A stretch of DNA of 64,000 bases from Minisyncoccota bacterium (lineage in GTDB: Bacteria; Patescibacteriota; Minisyncoccia; Phycocordibacterales; UBA1006), in assembly GCA_036405175.1 (NCBI GenBank), contig DASWYC010000002.1, positions 467,714 to 531,713 on the forward strand, given 5' to 3'. Below are positions 58,292 through 64,000 of the stretch, piece by piece (within the stretch, counting starts at the first letter, position 1; every line of letters begins with the position of its first letter). A program made the position numbers and the translations under genes. The notes beneath the pieces are model-generated. The model was given only the letters and a program-made list of their open reading frames with translations, made no database searches and had not been told where the DNA came from.

Positions 58292-58344
58292 GTTCTTAGT
58301 ATACAACAATAACCATCTTAAAAGATGGTTATTGTTGGTATGAA

Positions 58345-58652
58345 TACACCGATAAGCCGAATTCTGTAGTTTGTGTACATGTATCTGGGAGCTGTGTTAC
58401 CACAACCCTCAAGCGGCACTCCGTATTGCTACGGCACGGCCTTGCATGTGCGTATGAATTTTGCCGTTTCACCTTGTATGTTGCCATACAAGCTCACCCA
58501 CAAGGGGTGCCCGTTGATTGCTCTTGGGGCGTCTCTGCTCGCATCACTCATGAGTCATAGCTCATGGATGGGTATTACCCACTACGGTCCTCATGCATTA
58601 CTGCATGACATGTTCGGACTTTCCTCTCCTTGCGGAGCGTACACATGGTGTG
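58345..58652 (-). ncRNA. rnpB: RNase P RNA
   Basis: GAGGAAAGTCCG near the 5' end and ACAGAATTCGGCTTA near the 3' end; P1 ACACC/GGTGT; TATACT upstream; terminator at ~58304-58337. Confidence 0.93.
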
Positions 58653-58697
58653 GTAGTAGTATAGAGAATTACCATGAAAAAACAAGGTGTAAAGATA

Positions 58698-58726
58698 GAG
58701 CCCGATCAGCTTCGCTGATCGGGCTC
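58698..58726. repeat. perfect 13-bp palindrome
   Basis: GAGCCCGATCAGC-TTC-GCTGATCGGGCTC. Confidence 0.7.
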
Positions 58727-58739
58727 ATTTTGTGTAAGT

Positions 58740-59168
58740 TTATTTCTGAATTGGTATCTCGCCGAGATTAGTTTCCAATACGTACTTAGCCGGAACTGGT
58801 GAAGAGAATACTTTTGGATATGAATCTGCAGGTACCGATGATGCACGGAATACCTCATGTAAATTCTCATCAATCCAAATAATATCAATTGGATACTTCA
58901 TATCTTTCATCCAAAACCCATACTGACCAACTTCCTTGAATTCAAACAACATCCCCTTTCCTGCTGCCAAACTTGGCGTATTTGAAAGTCCTTGTTCGCG
59001 TAAGGCTTCCGTATTTGCTACGCATACGTGAATACTCTTTTGATGTAAAGTAAATTCTTGAGCACAGGCATCATCCCATCGAGGCTCTCTATGCTTAATA
59101 TGTGGTATTGCAAATACAACTGCAATCCCGGCAACAATAACGAGCCCGAACCACCAAAATTTTTTCAT
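58740..59168 (-). CDS. DUF192 protein
   Basis: REQGLS, GMLF.F, FWMKDMKYPIDIIW, KYVLE. Confidence 0.9.
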   Translation of the reverse strand: MKKFWWFGLVIVAGIAVVFAIPHIKHREPRWDDACAQEFTLHQKSIHVCVANTEALREQGLSNTPSLAAGKGMLFEFKEVGQYGFWMKDMKYPIDIIWIDENLHEVFRASSVPADSYPKVFSSPVPAKYVLETNLGEIPIQK

Positions 59169-59169
59169 A

Positions 59170-59586
59170 CTACTGAGCACTCGCAGGAGCTTGTTGAGCT
59201 GATTTAACAATGTTGAGCTTAAGCAAAACAAGTTCAAGTACTTTTTTAAGTTCCATATCTGCTTTAATTAAATAATCCTGAGCCTTAAGATCCATGGCTC
59301 CCGCAATATTTTGAGCATCTCCAATATTGGTTAAAAATACCGCCGGTACGTTCTTGCCCCAATCACCTCCTTGTTCTCGAATTTCCTTAAGTGCCTGAAG
59401 TCCATCCTTTTGTGGCATCTGTACATCCAATAACAAAATATGCGGCTTTTCTGCGAGCCCTTTTGCCACCACTTCTTCACCATTCACACACTCAACAACA
59501 GAAAATCCCTCAGATGTAAAAAGATTTGAGAGCGTTCCGAGTAGCGTTCGCTCATCATCAGCAATAAGTACCGTATATTGATTCAT
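59170..59586 (-). CDS. stand-alone response regulator receiver protein
   Basis: IADDE, LLDVQMPQKDG, FLTN, DYLIK. Confidence 0.92.
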   Translation of the reverse strand: MNQYTVLIADDERTLLGTLSNLFTSEGFSVVECVNGEEVVAKGLAEKPHILLLDVQMPQKDGLQALKEIREQGGDWGKNVPAVFLTNIGDAQNIAGAMDLKAQDYLIKADMELKKVLELVLLKLNIVKSAQQAPASAQ

Positions 59587-59791
59587 AGTAAATATAGTAT
59601 ATACTAGTGTTACGCTTTTTTAAATAAGCTCAATATCTTAATTACAAAATTTCATTTTAAAACTTTTATCCAAAGCCAGTAAAGGATTAAGATGAGTACA
59701 TGTAAAAAACACCAGTGAGTAAGGTATTGAAGGGCAAGAGAACAAATGTTTTCTTGTCCATTTTTTAATACAAATTTTAATACAAAAATTG

Positions 59792-59828
59792 AAAACAGCC
59801 GGACGATCGAAGATCGTCCGGCTGTTTT
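59792..59828 (-). terminator. terminator after rplB (17-bp palindrome)
   Basis: AAAACAGCCGGACGATC-GAA-GATCGTCCGGCTGTTTT. Confidence 0.8.
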
Positions 59829-59855
59829 ACGTTCTTGAGTCTTACCTCACCTAAA

Positions 59856-60710
59856 TTATTTAGGTGTATTGCGCTTGGTCTTGCGGCGAGATACCACAAG
59901 GTTGCGTGAATACTTACGAGGGTTACGGGTTTTAACTCCGTAGGCTTGTTTTCCATAGCGGGTCTTTGGACCTTTACGGAGACCAATACCTTGTTTCTGT
60001 TCTCCTCCTCCGTGTGGGTGATCAACTGGGTTCATAGCAGTACCACGAACAGCTGGTCGAATTCCACGCCAACGACTACGTCCTGCTTTTCCTTTAGAAG
60101 CAAGTCCGTGATCAGTGTTTGAAGCTTCTCCGATAGTTGCAAAACAAATATCAGGAACCTTGCGCACTTCACCAGAAGGCATTTTAAGAAGAGTTGATCC
60201 TGCGTCATGCGCAGCAACAGATACTGATGAACCTGCAGAACGAGCAAGCTTTGCTCCTCCTCCAGCTTTCAATTCAATATTATTTACCAACATACCAACA
60301 GGAATGTATTTCAACATCATGCGGTTTCCAGTGGTAAGCGGAGCTTCATCAGCAATGATGAAGGTTGATCCAACAGTCATCCCCTTTGAAAGGACAACAT
60401 AGCGGCGCTCTCCATCTTTAAAGAGGGCGAGTCCAATATATGCTGAACGGTTTGGATCGTATTCCACGGTTTCAATACGCGCAGGAATATTCTTTTTATC
60501 CAAAAGAAAATCAACTACGCGGTACAAACGCTTGTTTCCTCCTCCTTTGTGTGGAGCAGTGATGCGTCCGTGGTGGTTGCGTCCCATGTGACGCTTGCGT
60601 CCGAAGGTCAATTTCTTGAACGGTTCAGATGCAGTAACAACATCCTTGTGCTTCACCAATCTGGTGTGACGCAACGAAGGTGTTGCTGGTTTAAATTGTT
60701 TAATTGCCAT
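59856..60710 (-). CDS. rplB: 50S ribosomal protein L2
   Basis: EYDPNRSA, MNPVDHPHGGGE. Confidence 0.98.
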   Translation of the reverse strand: MAIKQFKPATPSLRHTRLVKHKDVVTASEPFKKLTFGRKRHMGRNHHGRITAPHKGGGNKRLYRVVDFLLDKKNIPARIETVEYDPNRSAYIGLALFKDGERRYVVLSKGMTVGSTFIIADEAPLTTGNRMMLKYIPVGMLVNNIELKAGGGAKLARSAGSSVSVAAHDAGSTLLKMPSGEVRKVPDICFATIGEASNTDHGLASKGKAGRSRWRGIRPAVRGTAMNPVDHPHGGGEQKQGIGLRKGPKTRYGKQAYGVKTRNPRKYSRNLVVSRRKTKRNTPK

Positions 60711-60758
60711 AGTGTATTGTGTCGCTATCGGTGACACGCCATAATCTTATTTCTATAA

Positions 60759-61088
60759 TTAGAACTCAATAGTATCTCCTTTTTTAAGGGTTACATACGC
60801 TTTTTTAGGAGTCTTAACGATTCCTACCTTGTTGCGAATGATGCGCTGTTCACGCTGATCGCTGACAAGATTTACTTTTGCAGGACGTACTCCATAGAGT
60901 GCTTCAACTGCAAGACGTACTTGAGTTCTATTAGCTCCGTGCGCAATATCAAAAACGTAAACGTTATTGCTATTGAGCTGTGCAGCTTTTTCAGTAATTC
61001 GAGGATTTTTAATGATTGAAGCAACTGAAGCTTTAACAGCATCTGAAAGCTTAGAATCAGTCTTTACAACTTTTTTTGCTCTAGGCAT
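60759..61088 (-). CDS. rplW: 50S ribosomal protein L23
   Basis: PRITEKA, KKAYVTLKKG; operon position. Confidence 0.95.
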   Translation of the reverse strand: MPRAKKVVKTDSKLSDAVKASVASIIKNPRITEKAAQLNSNNVYVFDIAHGANRTQVRLAVEALYGVRPAKVNLVSDQREQRIIRNKVGIVKTPKKAYVTLKKGDTIEF

Positions 61089-61089
61089 A

Positions 61090-61791
61090 TTATTCACTTA
61101 CTTTTTTAGTCATTAAATTATTCCATCGACCAAGCATAATATCTTGTACTGAATCTGCATCTGCAACTACTACGTAGCGAGCTTTTGCAATATCATACGC
61201 AGACACGTTTCGTGCTGTTGTGATCTTTGCATACGGAAGGTTTTTAAATCCTTGAAGAATTGCTTTGGTTGCAGCTGGTACAATCACGAGCATGTTGTTT
61301 ATGTTCTTTTTTGTATCAAGTGTTCCAAATCCTTCAACGGTTTTCCATCCTCCAACAATCGTTTCACCTTCTTTGGTCTTTCCTTCTACTTTTTCAAGTG
61401 ATTCGGTAAAGAGTACGTTTCCGGTGCGATTCTTTTCTGAAAGGAGTGACACGAGTGCGCCGAGTCTCATCTTAGAGTTAATCTTTTGTGAGTAATCTTT
61501 TTCACTGCGTGGTCCGTGCGTGGTTCCTCCACCTACCCAGATTGGTGATCGGGTTGATGCATGACGAGCACGTCCGGTTCCCTTTTGCTTCCAAGGCTTC
61601 TTTCCTCCTCCAGCAACTTCTCCTCGGTCTTTAGTGTGAGCCGTTCCTGATCGCATATTTGCCATCATTGAGGTCACTACTTGGTGAACAAGGTCTTGCT
61701 TGAATGGGTTACCAAAAACTTCAGGAGCAAGATCGATAGCTTTTACTTTCTTACCCGCAAGCGAGTAGAGTGTAGATGTAAGTTTTTCCAT
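61090..61791 (-). CDS. rplD: 50S ribosomal protein L4
   Basis: KPWKQKGTGRAR. Confidence 0.97.
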   Translation of the reverse strand: MEKLTSTLYSLAGKKVKAIDLAPEVFGNPFKQDLVHQVVTSMMANMRSGTAHTKDRGEVAGGGKKPWKQKGTGRARHASTRSPIWVGGGTTHGPRSEKDYSQKINSKMRLGALVSLLSEKNRTGNVLFTESLEKVEGKTKEGETIVGGWKTVEGFGTLDTKKNINNMLVIVPAATKAILQGFKNLPYAKITTARNVSAYDIAKARYVVVADADSVQDIMLGRWNNLMTKKVSE

Positions 61792-61792
61792 A

Positions 61793-62398
61793 TTACTTTA
61801 CTGAGTTAATAGTAACGAGTGAGCCCGGACGACCAGGGAGAGCTCCTTTAATGTACATAAGATTTTGCTCTTTATTAATGAGCAAAACCTGGAGATTTTT
61901 TACGGTGATAGTATCTCCTCCCATACGGCCTCCCATACGTGTTCCTTTGAACACACGTTGAACACCACCAATACCAATAGAACCTGGCTCTCGTTCTGAG
62001 TGCTTTTGTCCATGACTACGGCGGCCTCCTTTAAAGCCGTGACGCTTCACAACTCCTTGGAATCCTTTTCCTTTTGAAGTTCCTGAAGCAATAACTTTAG
62101 CTCCTTCAACCATATCAAGTTCAAGAACTGATCCAATTGGAGAAAGTGCATCAACTTCTAATTCACTGATGTGTCTAAAGTTTCCAAGGCCATTGAATTG
62201 ACCTTTTTGTGCATTGTTAATGTTTTTTTCTTGTTTGGTTCCATACCCAACAATGAGGGCTTGGTAACCATCTTTTTCAACAGTGCGATGACCAATAACG
62301 GTAAGGGGCATAATTTCTACCATCGTTGCTGGAGAAACTTTTCCGTCAGTACCGAACACTTGTGTCATCCCACGTTTTGAACCGATTACGGTATTCAT
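61793..62398 (-). CDS. rplC: 50S ribosomal protein L3
   Basis: SKGKGFQGVVKRHGF, REPGSIG. Confidence 0.97.
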   Translation of the reverse strand: MNTVIGSKRGMTQVFGTDGKVSPATMVEIMPLTVIGHRTVEKDGYQALIVGYGTKQEKNINNAQKGQFNGLGNFRHISELEVDALSPIGSVLELDMVEGAKVIASGTSKGKGFQGVVKRHGFKGGRRSHGQKHSEREPGSIGIGGVQRVFKGTRMGGRMGGDTITVKNLQVLLINKEQNLMYIKGALPGRPGSLVTINSVK

Positions 62399-62467
62399 AT
62401 ATGTAGAGGTTCCCTCTTACCCATTTCTAAGCAAGAGGGAACGTGCGATGTTTTAGTTTGTAATTAC

Positions 62468-62815
62468 TTACACGGTCTTAACTTTCACATCAACTCCTGA
62501 TGGAAGATTAAGGTTCGTGAGAGCCTCAATGAGTTTTGGTGAGGGGTTGATAATATCAATGAGGCGTTTGTGTACACGGATTTCAAACTGTTCGCGTGCG
62601 TCCTTGTGAACGAAGGTTGAACGGTTTACGGTGTACTTTCTAATTTCGTTAGGAAGTGGAACAGGACCCTTAACAATTCCCTCATGCTTGAATGCAGTAT
62701 CAATGATTTGTTTCACTGATGTGTCCAAGAGTCGGTTTTCATATGCACGAATGTGAATACGAAGTTTGATAGCATCTTCTGCTCCAGCCGCCTTTTTAGC
62801 TTTTGCTGTTGCCAT
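62468..62815 (-). CDS. rpsJ: 30S ribosomal protein S10
   Basis: GPVPLP, HKDAREQFEIRVHKRLIDI. Confidence 0.97.
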   Translation of the reverse strand: MATAKAKKAAGAEDAIKLRIHIRAYENRLLDTSVKQIIDTAFKHEGIVKGPVPLPNEIRKYTVNRSTFVHKDAREQFEIRVHKRLIDIINPSPKLIEALTNLNLPSGVDVKVKTV

Positions 62816-62857
62816 ATCTTAGTACGCCTTTATGAGACGGGGCAAAGCCCCGTACCA

Positions 62858-64000
62858 CTAAGCGTTAATCTTGGTAACAACTCCTGCTCCTACGGTTCGT
62901 CCTCCCTCACGGATGGTGAATCGCTGTTGTTCTTCAACAACTACCGGCGCAACGAGTTCAACATTGAACTTAACAGTGTCTCCAGGCATAACCATTTCAA
63001 CACCTGCTGGAAGAGTTACAGATCCAGTTACGTCAGTTGTACGGATGTAGAACTGAGGCTTGTAACCTGCGAAGAATGGAGTGTGACGTCCACCTTCTTC
63101 CTTCTTAAGAATATATACTTCACATTCAAAATTGGTGTGAGGCTTTACAGTCTTAGGAGCTGCAAGTACCTGTCCACGATGAATGTCTTCCTTCTTAACT
63201 CCACGAAGAAGAATTCCTGCGTTGTCTCCTGCCATTCCTTGTTCGAGTGACTTGTTGAACATTTCAACTCCAGTAACGGTAGTTGATGCAGTATCTTTAA
63301 GTCCTACGATTTCGATGGTTTCTCCAACTTTAACAATTCCACGTTCGATCTTTCCGGTTACCACGGTTCCACGTCCTTCAATTGAGAAGATGTCTTCTAC
63401 TGGCATGAGGAATGGCTTTTCGGTATCGCGCTCTGGAAGTGGGAAGTATTCATCAGCAGTATCAATCAATTTCTTGATCTTTTGTGCCCATGGATCTTCA
63501 GCTGAAGTTGATTCAAGCGCCTTAAGCCCTGATCCGATCACGAAAGGAGTTTCCTTTCCATCAAATCCGTACTTGGTGAGGAGCTCGCGGATTTCCTCTA
63601 CAACGAGTTCAATCATTTCAGGATCATCAACCATGTCTTCCTTGTTAATAAATACCATGAGTTTTGGAATTCCCACCTGACGAGCAAGAAGAACGTGTTC
63701 GCGAGTTTGTGGCATCATTCCGTCGGTAGCTGCAACAACGAGGATTGCTCCGTCCATCTGCGCTGCTCCGGTAATCATGTTTTTAATGTAGTCCTGGTGA
63801 CCTGGTGCATCTACGTGTGCGTAGTGGCGATTAGGAGTCCAGTACTCAGAGTGGTGAAGAGAAATGGTAATTCCACGCTCCTTTTCCTCTGGTGCATTGT
63901 CGATGTTATCTACGTTTTCTACGCGAGCCCCGTACCCGTTTCCGAGCATATTAAGCACGTGAAGAATAGACGCAGTAGTGGTAGTTTTTCCATGGTCAAC
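62858..64000 (-). CDS. tuf: elongation factor Tu (5' end beyond window)
   Basis: VDHGKTT at the window edge, [25 protein letters not shown]. Confidence 0.98.
   Translation of the reverse strand, partial: VDHGKTTTTASILHVLNMLGNGYGARVENVDNIDNAPEEKERGITISLHHSEYWTPNRHYAHVDAPGHQDYIKNMITGAAQMDGAILVVAATDGMMPQTREHVLLARQVGIPKLMVFINKEDMVDDPEMIELVVEEIRELLTKYGFDGKETPFVIGSGLKALESTSAEDPWAQKIKKLIDTADEYFPLPERDTEKPFLMPVEDIFSIEGRGTVVTGKIERGIVKVGETIEIVGLKDTASTTVTGVEMFNKSLEQGMAGDNAGILLRGVKKEDIHRGQVLAAPKTVKPHTNFECEVYILKKEEGGRHTPFFAGYKPQFYIRTTDVTGSVTLPAGVEMVMPGDTVKFNVELVAPVVVEEQQRFTIREGGRTVGAGVVTKINA

Noticed and set aside
58373-58771. 132-aa + strand ORF
   Set aside because: Antisense to RNase P RNA.
1-64000. 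CRISPR array, prophage, IS element or integron
   Set aside because: No regularly spaced repeats, cas, integrase, transposase or phage structural genes were recognised; the orphan cassettes lack attC-type GTTRRRY/RYYYAAC boxes as far as I could see.
1-64000. Alternative genetic code (UGA=Gly, as in Gracilibacteria/SR1)
   Set aside because: Conserved genes are full length under code 11 and TGA ends at least one plausible ORF (15951).

Overview
Chromosomal segment of a Patescibacteria/CPR bacterium, probably Parcubacteria-like (inferred from gene content and protein divergence; standard genetic code, TGA is used as stop). Housekeeping genes: recG, ftsH, scpAB, rmuC, ung, secA, rsmA, rpsL-rpsG-fusA, tuf-rpsJ-rplCDWB, lepB, def-fmt, rnpB and three tRNAs (Ile-UAU, Glu-CUC, Asp-GUC). 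It also holds a MacAB-like exporter, a type IV pilin cluster and a 1.78k-aa orphan protein. No integrase, transposase, reverse transcriptase or CRISPR array was seen. Strongest observations: (1) an orphan PemK/MazF toxin faced by a convergent promoter-hairpin-terminator small RNA, a candidate RNA-antitoxin system; (2) a ~197-nt 6S-like rod RNA carrying a tRNA T-arm, directly after a degenerate HisRS paralogue; (3) a pair of HhH-fold genes, one resembling thymidine-hypermodification proteins; (4) a rare tRNA-Ile(UAU) ending 5 nt before an ADP-ribosyltransferase-like gene; (5) two pilins sharing an identical 95-bp 5' block; (6) two promoter architectures: apparently leaderless core genes versus orphan genes with full -35/-10 promoters. 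Family calls rest on motif recognition by eye, and RNA folds on manual base-pairing.
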